DNA of 64,000 nt from a virus (taxonomy: Duplodnaviria; Caudoviricetes). Under the pieces are notes generated by a model. That model did not search any database. It was given only the letters and a program-made list of their open reading frames with translations, and was not told where the DNA came from. Positions 10,801 through 20,127 of this stretch are shown here, one piece after another; position 1 is the first letter of the stretch; every line of letters starts with the position of its first letter. The translations under genes and the position numbers were made by a program. The DNA lies in the IMG/VR virus record IMGVR_UViG_2671180615_000003, positions 1 to 64,000 of that record; one strand, 5' to 3'.

Positions 10801-11276
10801 TTTTCATAAACCTTGTAAGGTACTGCGATTAGGTCGGGAGTGTTCCACCCAGTACCATAATTATCAGCAATACGACCATTCACCCGGATCTTATTTTCAC
10901 GGTTAGACAGTTCGTTATTGGCTGAAGAAGACTGGTTAGTATTTTGAGTAGTCTGGGCTATCGATGGAGTCGGCATTAAAAATGCGATCGCAATACTAAT
11001 CACAATCGAAACAATAGCCGCGACCCATTTAGGGTTCTCAACTACGATAAAAGTGCCCGGCAAGAAATCGAGCTGCTTTAACTCATAAGCATTATTTGGT
11101 GTGACTTCATTCGCAAATGAAATTTCCGCATGATCCATATTGCTTGTGGTATGAAAGATGCGGACATGCTCAGGCATATGTTCATATTTTGAAGTGAGCC
11201 ATTGCCCAATGGTTTGAGCCTTTTCAATTGTCTTTTCTTCAGACAAAGCATCTTTTTTATAAATAACTTTAATCAT
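7851..11276 (-). CDS. Tail tip / host-specificity protein (J-like)
   Basis: 1141 aa, last gene of the tail module, Gly-rich C-terminal region. Confidence 0.88.
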   Translation of the reverse strand: MIKVIYKKDALSEEKTIEKAQTIGQWLTSKYEHMPEHVRIFHTTSNMDHAEISFANEVTPNNAYELKQLDFLPGTFIVVENPKWVAAIVSIVISIAIAFLMPTPSIAQTTQNTNQSSSANNELSNRENKIRVNGRIADNYGTGWNTPDLIAVPYKVYENNVEVEHVVGCIGRGHYKINGAYDGETNIVDIAGASVEVYRPGVDIVSGEPYFSLGTEITTPPLTVQHQTSVNGQVLRPADTQSLEGTNYLHFAYPNEILRASANNTDLTTKFVSNDRVEITNASFTFNGQTYDLNGTYSVLSVADDRMTLSNPAAVNTNWLKLKELSNQQTAAASPKLASIGEKWIGPFILDNIERSRVLCNFVATNGLYTVSSGGNQAAVNVTIEVEVTPVNESGAAIGNPMLKQIILKGSAKSRQTVGATLDMVTFQGRCSVRARRLTSTPGVTTVVDDVKWQALYGAYPLQSTKYEYETVFRARTYATTGALSVKSRKINFDLLRMLPTYKNGAMTTELYPTSSFADALVSMALDDKIGRRTIDEIDLENIYRTYNDVVDYFGTPLAAEFCTTIDDTNLSFEELVTNLCDAVFCTAYRQNNKLKLYFERPTDNSVMLFNFRNIIPDSYKHDLTFGVMDDYDGLIYEYTDPTDDSRINIYLPDKGAKNPKEVKSVGVRNKWQAHFNAYRLWNKLRFQRKSITFDAAPESELLVLRDRIAVADYRNGIHQSGEVLQQEGLILTLSHDVDFISGKSYVIYLQMNDGSVDLIPVTPGSAKNKVVLGRLPNGALKLSSDDFVNTIYTVVNDDTKDSLPYLVAKKDPVDKFSNTITAVNYDVRYYLNDKDFIDVPVDDSPIYIRYDQLDLNLARLYQMQRGDLPTTGEISFIVEAGALVSSSSSLRPETRMVYRFDYRDNSTRYEFIVPAAPEFPAIDTGEFPPDLVVNLTIKGSVVGRGGDGGLPHLAFGAWESDPDYYFTKTRRDGFQGAPGLLNRHSKLNLTIDGGTLARGGSGGGASPSGIYTGLSYGVQGIPGGAGAPFGRVMTGQPITSDSQDWRWYLNSYFMVVKVTDAEASVPGKGYRTQNDRYGSPLSGDGGGWGQRGTKSTNDGTWNWNYHGTTEGQPGAGGTAIVGVAPLTTKLINEGLILETL

Positions 11277-11631
11277 AATAACTAACCCGGTTAAACCCCA
11301 TGCCCATTACGACTTCTTCAGGCAAATAAGTGACTCCGCTTTCCATGAGGTGAAGAATCTTTTGCCCACGAAAAAGCCCCACATGTGGGGGCTTATGTCT
11401 TTGTCTAGGATGGAAGGCGACTATGCAGCCTTCCTTGGGCATGGGTAGCGGATTTAAAAGTTTTAACCGTGAAGATAAAAAAGTAATTTTGCCCTTAGGC
11501 TGCATAAAGAGTTCAAGCGCTTCCGCCCGATCTATACCGTATAGGTCCATTGCAGCTTCATGAACAAAGTGAACACAGTTGTAGTGTTCCTCGTCATATT
11601 GCCTATCGAGCAAATGATCATGACTTTTCAT
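11269..11631 (-). CDS. NlpC/P60-like tail assembly protein
   Basis: YNCVHFV...HVGLF...LH Cys/His pattern; gpK-like position. Confidence 0.8.
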   Translation of the reverse strand: MKSHDHLLDRQYDEEHYNCVHFVHEAAMDLYGIDRAEALELFMQPKGKITFLSSRLKLLNPLPMPKEGCIVAFHPRQRHKPPHVGLFRGQKILHLMESGVTYLPEEVVMGMGFNRVSYYD

Positions 11632-12146
11632 ATAGCCCCCTTCAATCCACTAAAGCGATCCAGTGCAAAGATATCCCCGGTTTTAGTGGTATTTAATCGC
11701 GGCGATTCAGCTTTGAACGTCACAGCTTTATGATTCATGGCAACACTGGAGAGTTGTAGTCCAAGTAAATAAAACATTGGAGAATTCAGATTGTCTGAAC
11801 TGTAAAGCCGGTAATTTACTGTTGGCTTTACATCGGGATATTGACCTTCGATTACCCGTTCAAACTCATCTGGCATTACATCACCTAAACCAGATATAGA
11901 GACTGTTAAAGTCTGGTCCAGATCACCCAGCATTCCGGATCTTTGAATAGATGCTGGCAAAAATTCATAATAGACCTGACCGGATCCCTCCTTATGTTGT
12001 ACATACACCCCACGATCATCATTACGAACTATTCGGTATGTGTTCATAAAGGAAGGATGAGAAAGCTCAATACACTCCAGTTGATAGACATCAACTTTCC
12101 GATTGAAAAAGAACTTGGCATATTCGTTATCCATTAGACCTCCCAA
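11628..12146 (-). CDS. Minor tail protein (DUF1833-like, gpL position)
   Basis: LECIELSHPSF motif; position after the distal tail gene. Confidence 0.75.
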   Translation of the reverse strand: MGGLMDNEYAKFFFNRKVDVYQLECIELSHPSFMNTYRIVRNDDRGVYVQHKEGSGQVYYEFLPASIQRSGMLGDLDQTLTVSISGLGDVMPDEFERVIEGQYPDVKPTVNYRLYSSDNLNSPMFYLLGLQLSSVAMNHKAVTFKAESPRLNTTKTGDIFALDRFSGLKGAI

Positions 12147-12532
12147 TCCTTAATCAAAGCTATATCGGCTGTAAGGTTAGACTGGTTTTGAACAACTTCG
12201 AGCTGTGCATTTACCCGGTAAAGGTTGCCATTCACTTCATTGGTCTTGAACGAGTTCGGAATGAAGTTACATAGGTATTGCTGACGTGCTCCCTGATCAA
12301 TCACCAGATCCGCATAAAATGAGGCTGGCTTGTTCTGATAGACCCGCCAGAACGCCATCATTTTATTAAAATCGGTTTTACTTAAATTCCAGTTCACATC
12401 AACAATGTGACTATTACGTTTTACATCGATGTAATAGCGACCACGCCCACCATCCATTTTTTGACGCTTTACATCATCACCTGGTGTTACGCCATAGCCG
12501 CTGGTCTGAGGATTGAGTTTTAACTTGTACAT
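12134..12532 (-). CDS. Distal tail / minor tail protein (gpM position)
   Basis: Directly downstream of the tape measure gene; MDGGRGRY motif. Confidence 0.75.
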   Translation of the reverse strand: MYKLKLNPQTSGYGVTPGDDVKRQKMDGGRGRYYIDVKRNSHIVDVNWNLSKTDFNKMMAFWRVYQNKPASFYADLVIDQGARQQYLCNFIPNSFKTNEVNGNLYRVNAQLEVVQNQSNLTADIALIKDWEV

Positions 12533-12550
12533 AACTTTCCTTCAGGTAAT

Positions 12551-12572
12551 AAAAAACCACCCGAAGGTGGCT
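12551..12572 (-). terminator. Intrinsic terminator of the CCACC-TTCG-GGTGG family
   Basis: GC stem with a UUCG loop and T-tract on the minus strand; similar hairpins at 6896, 17961, 19111, 20113, 26293, 27510, 37627 and 38880. Confidence 0.75.
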
Positions 12573-12580
12573 TGTAATGA

Positions 12581-15500
12581 TTAACGATTACGCCGTGCTG
12601 TTGTGTTGGTTGAAATGGCCCGGCTAATTGATGAGCTCGGATCTTTGATTTGATCACTTACAAGTTTTGGCACCTCACGTGGAAGATGCTTATCCAGTTC
12701 ATCTTTAACGATAATCCGGACTGTTTGCTCATCCAGTTGTTCAGCTTCAACTGTTGCCCCACTCACCTGATTAATCACTTCAATCTTAAAATTGATTGTC
12801 GGTGAAGTAGGCTCAATTGAAGGCATAATCTCAGCTTGAGGACGTGAAGCACGTCCTAAAGTAAAGTCCTGAACATCTTCAAGATTTGAGCGATCCTGAA
12901 CTAAACCATTTGAAGAGAAGTAAACTTTACCGTCATGGAATAGATCAGAACGACCGGAAGCAGTCGGTTTTGAAACATTTCCTCCAGTAAATCCACCGTT
13001 CGCAAAGCCTTTAGTAATAATCTGATTTTCTCGAATAGGTTGATTAAAAATATTCGAAATCGCTTGATTATCATTAAATGCTTTTGAACTGAGGAAAGAA
13101 CGATTAAAGACATTTTCTACTGAAGTATTGTTAGTAGCATGGTTATTAATAAATGCTTCAGGGCTTGCACTCTTACGCATATTCTCAACCAAACCAACAC
13201 CACCCCAACGGCGAATATCCTCTTGGGACCAAACAACCTCACCTTTGTGGACAATACCTGCAGGTTCATATTTTCCACCAGTTCCAGTGTAACCACCGTC
13301 CGCAAATCCTTGATCTTTGATTGCCCGGATGTTTGCAATAATGCTGGCACCTTGTGCAACTGCTCCAGCAATTAGAGGCAAGTTATAAGGGAAACCAACT
13401 TTAGAAGCTGCTGCGATATTTTGCTGAATGGCAATACCTGCAGCTGCAATTGCATAAGCTTTATCTGCAGCAAACATCAGCTTATAGGCTTTGGACTGTT
13501 CACCAAACATTGAACCAAACATCGAGGTGACTGAACCCATCATTTGCCCACCAAGAGCAATCTGAGCGTTCAATCGATCTTGTTGATATTTGTCTTCAAC
13601 GTCCTTAACGTTCTGAGCATAATCATTGTAAATTTGACTACGCTGTTCTTGAGCAGCTTGAATGATTGCAGTTTTCTGGTTTTCAAAGTCTTGTTGCTGA
13701 ATTAGTCCAGCATCCATTTGTGCCTTCAGACTATCTAAACCATTTTGTTCATTAAGATCAGTGGCAGCATATTGACTATCTGCAAGATCATTTGCAGCGC
13801 CCAAGCGACTAAAACGTTCCTGATCCTGTCTAAAGAACTCACTGGAACCATTCATATCAGCCTGAATACCACCCCAGTTTTGAACAGCGTTATTTACTTT
13901 GTTTCGCGTCTCTTTATCCTGATTGGCTTTAGAAAATGCGATTAGCTTTTGCCGCTCTTCTATGGAAAGTTTTGTATTCTGTAGAATCTCCTCACGTTCA
14001 AGCCTGTACCGCTCCTGCATAGCTTGTGTTTCGGAAAGCAAAGTTAACCGTGCTTGAAATAAACGCTGCTCTTGAGCCAATTTTACTAATGCAATCTCTT
14101 GTGTTAATTGTTGAGCTAAAATATCAACGGCTTCTTTTCGCTGTTCTTTAGTCAACTCTAGATCATGCTCAGCTTCAAACTGCCGTTTAGCAAAACTATC
14201 TTTTAAAAGCTGTTCTTCGCTCTTAGTAAAGTCACGAAATGAATCAAGCTTGGTTTTAGTAGCTTGCTCAGCAATTGCAATATCATTATCTGCACGCGCT
14301 TGCAGCTCCGCTTTAATTGCAGCTTTACGCTCAGGGCTAAAATTAGCTTTATCAACTTCTTCCAACTTTTTAGAAAGATCATTTCGAATCTTGGTTACCT
14401 GGTCTGCAACATCATTTTCTAACTTAATCCGAAGATTAGCTTGTTCTTCAGCCATTTTAGTGGCTTCTTGAATAAGGCCATCAAAGTCTTTTGAGGAGAT
14501 ATCGCCAGCTGTATAACCATTTATACCTGCCATATATCCCTGATAGTCTTTCCAGTATTGGTTATTATTTTTACCAATACCTTTACCCTTCTGCACGTTT
14601 CCTTCACCAGCATGATATGCCCGAACAGCCTTTTCTAGATCTCCTTTAAAGAGTTTTAAAAGATAAGACATGTATTTCCCGGCACCTTCGGCAGACTGTG
14701 CTAAATCATTGCGGTCTTTTACACCATATTGTTTGGCAGTGCCCTCAAGAAACTGAAAACCACCTGTTGCACCCGTTTCCTTATTGTAAGCCCGAGCATT
14801 ACCTTTAGATTCAATCATATGAATCGCTGACAAGGTACCTGATGGAAGATTATTTTTAGCCTCAATTTCAGCAAAATTATATTTTTCTGCGTTAACTCGA
14901 ACTTTGTCATTTACAGTTAAAACTTTTTGCTGATCTCGCAGTGCCTTGGTTTGCTCTTTGGTGGCAGCAGTAGCTTCATCGCGAATTGCAGCAATTTTCA
15001 AATGTAACTGCCACTGTTCTTGTAAAACTTGGTTCTGCTCTTTTGTGAGGGTGATATCTGAACCAATTTTATTTGTTTTACGCCATTCTTGAGAAAAATC
15101 AGCAAAATCTTTTGCTACCGCTTCGCCGAGAATATTTTTGTTACGATTATATGTATTAATCCAATACTGATCATTCAGCATGGATTTATTTGCCTCCTCT
15201 CTTAATTTTTTAAGTTTTTGTTCCGCTGTCGTTGCGGCGTTTGCCTCACCTTCAATCGCTTTAGCATGATTTTGACGCTGGACTGCAGCATTTTGTGCTG
15301 CATTACCTGCAACTTTAGTTTCTTGCCCTAGCAACTTTAATGAAGATTGAGTTGTTTGTGCTGCGACTGAATTTTTTTGAAAAGTTTCAGCATTTGTTTT
15401 AAATGATTCATAGATTTCTTTATTGATCTTTAAATCATTAAAGCGCTTAACAGCATCATTCATGCTAATGGTGCCATCCTTAGCCTCATTAACTACCTCA

Positions 15501-17008
15501 ACAATTTCTTTGTGCCCTTTATAAAGCTGAGCGATTGCATTTAACTGTATATTGATCTTGCTACTAGACTCAGCAAGAGCTTGATTCTGGCGTTCCAAGG
15601 AAGCAGTCATATCATTAATTGCAGAATCTTTTTCAAGTCCTCGCAAAGCTAACAATTCATCTTTTGCTCTTTTCGCTACTTCAGCTTGCTCCTCTAATTT
15701 TTTGTTAGCCTTAGCAGCTTTATCTTGAAAATACATATAGCCTGCTGCTAAAGCTGTAATTCCAATGGTGATTGCTCCAATTGGCCCACCAATTAAACCT
15801 AATGCACGGCTTCCAAGTTTAGCAACCCCATTTAAATTTCCTTGTGCTACGGTATATGCAGTAGTCGCTGCGGTGGCTTGTTTTAAAGCAACACTATGAG
15901 CAACTTCAGCTGCGGTCTTACGTTGCACAGCAACTGCGCGTGCGTCTGCAGTAATCGCTGCGTTATATTCTGCCCGTGCTAATCCGATTTCTGTTAATGC
16001 TAATGCTGCAGATTGTCTTGCTCGCATTGCCTCTACACCAAGTAACTGAACTTGAGATTGCGCTTCTGCCAAATTTGCAGCTCTTTGTTGAGCTGATGCT
16101 ACTATGCTTGCTTGAATGGCGACAGTTTTTGTTAAAACTGCTTTCGTCATCAACCCTATTCCAAGTACAAAAGCGCTGTCTACAATTAGATCTAGATTTT
16201 CAGCTAGAATTTGTATAGATCCAGCTAAAGACTGAGCAGCACCAGAACCTTGCCCTGTTTCACCGACAAACTTAGTAATACCATTACTTAACATTTCCAA
16301 AGACTGAGAAATTGTTTTATTAGTTTTGCCGTAAAGTTGCTCAACACTATCACCAGCTTTTAAAAGTGCTTTAGTAATTACTTCACCAGTAAGTTTTCCA
16401 TCAAGCATCATTTGGCGGAGTTCACCACGGGTCACTCCTAGACCTTTAGCCATTGCGTTTAGGAGGCCACCCGCTCCATCGACTAGACTGTTAAACTCTT
16501 CGGCTCTTAAAACACCACCATCTAAAGCTTGCCCATACTGGAATAAAGCTGCTGCAGCTGTTTCAGAATTAGAGCCACTAATAGCAACTGCTTTTGAAGT
16601 AATTTCGGTGAGTTTTGCTGTCTGTTCTTGAGTTAAATTTAGTGTCTTAGCATTGGACATATATTTGGAATAGACATCATTCACAGCACTCCAAGAGGAT
16701 GCTGAACGCTGTGCAATTTCAAAAGTATCATTCATTGCCAGATTTAATTCTTCTTGGTTATTAGTAACTAATTTTAATTTGTTATTAATACCAGTGTAGA
16801 GATCCATCTTGCTAATGGCTGAACCAATTGTAACAACACCAGCCATGTAACCAGCTAATGAACGAGTAGCTACAGACATGCGATCCATTGACTTTGTGGC
16901 AAAGTCACCATTCTTTTCAATACTGTTTAGTTCATTGCCTAGATTTCGTGCATTGCGTTCAGCATTTTGCGAATCAATTACAATGACCAAACGGGATTCT
17001 TGTGCCAT
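12581..17008 (-). CDS. Tape measure protein with an internal lytic transglycosylase (SLT) domain
   Basis: N-terminal TMP motif QYGQALDGGVLRAEEFNSL; SLT motifs IES..GGFQF..AYHAGEG; C-terminal GFADGGYTG. Confidence 0.95.
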   Translation of the reverse strand: MAQESRLVIVIDSQNAERNARNLGNELNSIEKNGDFATKSMDRMSVATRSLAGYMAGVVTIGSAISKMDLYTGINNKLKLVTNNQEELNLAMNDTFEIAQRSASSWSAVNDVYSKYMSNAKTLNLTQEQTAKLTEITSKAVAISGSNSETAAAALFQYGQALDGGVLRAEEFNSLVDGAGGLLNAMAKGLGVTRGELRQMMLDGKLTGEVITKALLKAGDSVEQLYGKTNKTISQSLEMLSNGITKFVGETGQGSGAAQSLAGSIQILAENLDLIVDSAFVLGIGLMTKAVLTKTVAIQASIVASAQQRAANLAEAQSQVQLLGVEAMRARQSAALALTEIGLARAEYNAAITADARAVAVQRKTAAEVAHSVALKQATAATTAYTVAQGNLNGVAKLGSRALGLIGGPIGAITIGITALAAGYMYFQDKAAKANKKLEEQAEVAKRAKDELLALRGLEKDSAINDMTASLERQNQALAESSSKINIQLNAIAQLYKGHKEIVEVVNEAKDGTISMNDAVKRFNDLKINKEIYESFKTNAETFQKNSVAAQTTQSSLKLLGQETKVAGNAAQNAAVQRQNHAKAIEGEANAATTAEQKLKKLREEANKSMLNDQYWINTYNRNKNILGEAVAKDFADFSQEWRKTNKIGSDITLTKEQNQVLQEQWQLHLKIAAIRDEATAATKEQTKALRDQQKVLTVNDKVRVNAEKYNFAEIEAKNNLPSGTLSAIHMIESKGNARAYNKETGATGGFQFLEGTAKQYGVKDRNDLAQSAEGAGKYMSYLLKLFKGDLEKAVRAYHAGEGNVQKGKGIGKNNNQYWKDYQGYMAGINGYTAGDISSKDFDGLIQEATKMAEEQANLRIKLENDVADQVTKIRNDLSKKLEEVDKANFSPERKAAIKAELQARADNDIAIAEQATKTKLDSFRDFTKSEEQLLKDSFAKRQFEAEHDLELTKEQRKEAVDILAQQLTQEIALVKLAQEQRLFQARLTLLSETQAMQERYRLEREEILQNTKLSIEERQKLIAFSKANQDKETRNKVNNAVQNWGGIQADMNGSSEFFRQDQERFSRLGAANDLADSQYAATDLNEQNGLDSLKAQMDAGLIQQQDFENQKTAIIQAAQEQRSQIYNDYAQNVKDVEDKYQQDRLNAQIALGGQMMGSVTSMFGSMFGEQSKAYKLMFAADKAYAIAAAGIAIQQNIAAASKVGFPYNLPLIAGAVAQGASIIANIRAIKDQGFADGGYTGTGGKYEPAGIVHKGEVVWSQEDIRRWGGVGLVENMRKSASPEAFINNHATNNTSVENVFNRSFLSSKAFNDNQAISNIFNQPIRENQIITKGFANGGFTGGNVSKPTASGRSDLFHDGKVYFSSNGLVQDRSNLEDVQDFTLGRASRPQAEIMPSIEPTSPTINFKIEVINQVSGATVEAEQLDEQTVRIIVKDELDKHLPREVPKLVSDQIKDPSSSISRAISTNTTARRNR

Positions 17009-17072
17009 TTCACTTTTCTCCAGGCAATAAAAAACCCGCTTTCGCGGGTTTATAAAAATTTAACTTTGGGGT

Positions 17073-17918
17073 TTACAATCTTTTAAATCGGCTCAACATT
17101 TCCATATAGTTTTGAGTAAAGCCATTTAAGTCAATTTCACCATGAATATCATATTTGTAAGGCCATTCTTGATATCGAATTGATGCCTTCTTCCCTTTTT
17201 TTAATTGATTAATGATCAGATTTGTATAGATCGGGTTTATAATTCCATTCTGCCCGTAATATGCAACATTATCGTCCACCTTAATTGCACTTTCCGAATG
17301 CGGGTAATGGTTCTTTCCTACTCCTATTCCATACTTGCCATTTATTAACATTACCGTTAGCTTGTCTTTAGTCATAAAACAGGTCTTTTTTGAATCTATT
17401 GGATCTTTTTTACAACTTATTAACCATATAGAAGATGATGTACTAATTTTTTGGTTCAATAACTTATCTTCATTTTCAGGATTACTGGTTCTGAAGCACC
17501 CCCAGTCATTTAACTCAATCTTTCCTGCTCCGTCAGAGGATTTCAAATATCCTTTTTCTTTATTATCAATTTGAACCTCAAAAGTATAATTATTAAAATA
17601 TGAACCATAGAAATATGTTTGTTTGATTTCTCCTCTTAAAAACTTAACAGGAACATATTTATCTTCAGTATTGTATTTCGCATCTTCATCAGATGTTAAA
17701 TCTGGATTAGCAAATATTGGATTTGAAACATTACAGCTTTTAGAGTTATACCATGCCGTTTTTCCAACCAAACTACTGATATATTTATTAGCTTCTTCAT
17801 TTTTTTCTGATTTTTTCTTTTCAATTTGTTCTTGCTTAGTTTCAAAACCTGCATTCACTAGTGATGCAAAGCTCAAAGAAGCTATTAAAAGTATAATATT
17901 TTTCATTGAATCAACCAT
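17073..17918 (-). CDS. Secreted/periplasmic moron protein; C-terminal half resembles an IalB-like beta domain
   Basis: Signal peptide MKNIILLIASLSFASLVNA; WLISC...TC...IDLNGF pattern. Confidence 0.7.
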   Translation of the reverse strand: MVDSMKNIILLIASLSFASLVNAGFETKQEQIEKKKSEKNEEANKYISSLVGKTAWYNSKSCNVSNPIFANPDLTSDEDAKYNTEDKYVPVKFLRGEIKQTYFYGSYFNNYTFEVQIDNKEKGYLKSSDGAGKIELNDWGCFRTSNPENEDKLLNQKISTSSSIWLISCKKDPIDSKKTCFMTKDKLTVMLINGKYGIGVGKNHYPHSESAIKVDDNVAYYGQNGIINPIYTNLIINQLKKGKKASIRYQEWPYKYDIHGEIDLNGFTQNYMEMLSRFKRL

Positions 17919-18019
17919 TAAAGTGAATGAGTAAAATTTAACAGCTCAGAAAACCAAAAACCACCCGAAGGTGGTTCTTAATAAGAAAAACAATATCAAT
18001 TAAATAATTTTCAAATAGC

Positions 18020-18982
18020 TTATTTTTTTTCTAATGTTTCTTTTAAACTCTTATTCATTTGTTCAATTGCACTATCAAAATCTTTTTGCATTTTATCTAT
18101 ATCATTTAAGATTTTATTTTTTTGTGCAATTAAGTTTATTTCTCCACTATCACTTGGTATCTTGGTTGGATCAAGTCCTCTTGATGTTGCCGAACTAATT
18201 GCAAGGTCTATCTGCTGAAGTGACAAGTCATACATTTTTAATGCCGAAGTCTTTTGTTCTTCAACAACTTTGATATTACAACTAAGTAACTCTCCAGTTT
18301 TATTTCCCATTTCCTCCTTTAGATTACTTGCAAGAGTATCAGATGTTCCCTGTATCTGTTGTGCCTTGTCCTGAACCTGTTTAAGTTCACCTTCTACATC
18401 TTTAACTGTGAACTCTGGTATTTTTAGTATCCATTCTTGTTCTTGCATAAAAAATTCAGGAATATCCATAATAATTTCAGTGTCTTTCCATGTGGTTTCA
18501 GGTATACCCATTACCCACTCTTTTCTCTCCATAACTAATTCAGGAACTTTGGTGTAAATCGGAGACCACTTAACAGTACAGCTAAACCCACTACACGTAA
18601 CCTCTGGATATTCTCCAGTTTTCTTGAGCACCATTCTAATTGTAGGTAAATCCATAGACATTTTTTTATCTTTCATGGTTGTTTGAGGTGTACCAAAAAC
18701 CATTCTTTGAGTTTTATTTCTAAAACTTGGTGTATGAAAAACCATCCTTTTGTCAGTCCACTTCGTGTCCATTTTAAATTTAAGAATTAAATCGGGAGTA
18801 GAAAAATCTGGATTTTCCAAGTTTTCCGAATCTTCTTTTAGAGTTTGAAACTTACTTTCATAGTTAGTTTGAATATCTTTTATTTCTTGCTCAATATTTT
18901 TACAGTCGGTAGCAAAACCTGTTTGAGCAATAAATAATAGACCCCATGCGAGAGCATTATTAATATTCATAACTTTCACCAA
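18020..18982 (-). CDS. Secreted protein with 14-residue Pro-periodic repeats flanked by coiled coils
   Basis: Signal peptide, about 8 repeats ending in (T/L/I/V/Y)P, central CSGFSC. Confidence 0.8.
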   Translation of the reverse strand: MVKVMNINNALAWGLLFIAQTGFATDCKNIEQEIKDIQTNYESKFQTLKEDSENLENPDFSTPDLILKFKMDTKWTDKRMVFHTPSFRNKTQRMVFGTPQTTMKDKKMSMDLPTIRMVLKKTGEYPEVTCSGFSCTVKWSPIYTKVPELVMERKEWVMGIPETTWKDTEIIMDIPEFFMQEQEWILKIPEFTVKDVEGELKQVQDKAQQIQGTSDTLASNLKEEMGNKTGELLSCNIKVVEEQKTSALKMYDLSLQQIDLAISSATSRGLDPTKIPSDSGEINLIAQKNKILNDIDKMQKDFDSAIEQMNKSLKETLEKK

Positions 18983-19125
18983 TTATTTTGGTTATTGCTC
19001 TTTTAATAAACTCCTTATCAATATATTCGTCAATTATAATCTGATCAATATTTATACATATTTTCTATGATTTAGAATAACTTAAAGATGAATAGTGATT
19101 GTTAAAAAAACCACCCGAAAGTGGT

Positions 19126-19281
19126 CTAATTGTTATTCATATTTCTATTAATCTCTTTTCCAGCTGCGGTCCCACCTTTTTGTCCTAAGTTAAGTAAATT
19201 TAAATCTTTAAAATAGTTCCAACCCACAATAATCATTATGACAATTACTGAACCAAATATGAATTTTGTTTGATTTGACAC
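19126..19281 (-). CDS. Small single-TM protein (51 aa, not in the ORF track)
   Basis: GTG start after AAGGTG; MSNQTKFIFGSVIVIMIIVGWNYFKD...; stop abuts a terminator hairpin. Confidence 0.5.
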   Translation of the reverse strand: MSNQTKFIFGSVIVIMIIVGWNYFKDLNLLNLGQKGGTAAGKEINRNMNNN

Positions 19282-19367
19282 AATTTTCACCTTTAAGAAT
19301 TTAAAATGATATTTTCGAATACTTGTTGAAGTAAGCTATATACTATTAAATCCTTAATTGACAAAAA

Positions 19368-19712
19368 TCAACCACAATTAACTACTAAAGTTTTTTTATA
19401 GAAGCTAATCACAGCTTCAGAATCTCTAGTTAAAGTTTGTTCGTTGTAGTCATTTGGTGAAAACTTGAGTAGAGCTGGCATATACTGTTTTTTGTAGACT
19501 TCAGGATAGGTGTTACACAATATCTCACGCTTCCGTTGAAGTGGAATATCTCGATTTTCTAGGTCATCGAGCATCTTTCCTATTTGTTGATCCGCACTCA
19601 TGAATTGCGCCTCAACTGAAGGTGGGAGTGCCTTACTTTCAACTTGTTTAGTGCAACCAACTAAAGTTAAAGAGATCACCAAACAAGAAGATAAAAAAAT
19701 TGATTTTCTCAT
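19368..19712 (-). CDS. Putative lipoprotein
   Basis: Signal peptide with lipobox LVGC. Confidence 0.8.
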   Translation of the reverse strand: MRKSIFLSSCLVISLTLVGCTKQVESKALPPSVEAQFMSADQQIGKMLDDLENRDIPLQRKREILCNTYPEVYKKQYMPALLKFSPNDYNEQTLTRDSEAVISFYKKTLVVNCG

Positions 19713-20017
19713 CTTCCGTATCTTCTCTTTTTTAAACGATCATGCAGCCCAATCACTTCAAAAAAACCATGAATTGCAATAAGCAATGGTAATACAACGA
19801 CTCCCCAACGGAGTGTGTCAAAGTTTCTTAATATAAGTTCATATAAAGGATAAGTATTCAAGATTTGAAGGTTCGCAAGCCACTTTAAACACGGAAAGAA
19901 AAGAAAGACCACAGCAACCATCAATACTAGATAAACCATCATTAAATAAAAGACTTTCGGATATTCCTCAAAGACATCATTTAACGCCCACAACTTATCT
20001 ATAATTCTCTCAAACAT
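19709..20017 (-). CDS. Two-TM membrane protein
   Basis: Two hydrophobic helices, basic tail; 4-bp overlap with the lipoprotein gene. Confidence 0.75.
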   Translation of the reverse strand: MFERIIDKLWALNDVFEEYPKVFYLMMVYLVLMVAVVFLFFPCLKWLANLQILNTYPLYELILRNFDTLRWGVVVLPLLIAIHGFFEVIGLHDRLKKRRYGR

Positions 20018-20127
20018 ATTTTCCCCAATAAATTTAAAGTTATTAAAATTAAGTATTTATAAGTTGTATCTTACACAAAACTATATATTAGGAAAAGATA
20101 GATATTAAAAAACCACCAGATGGTGGT

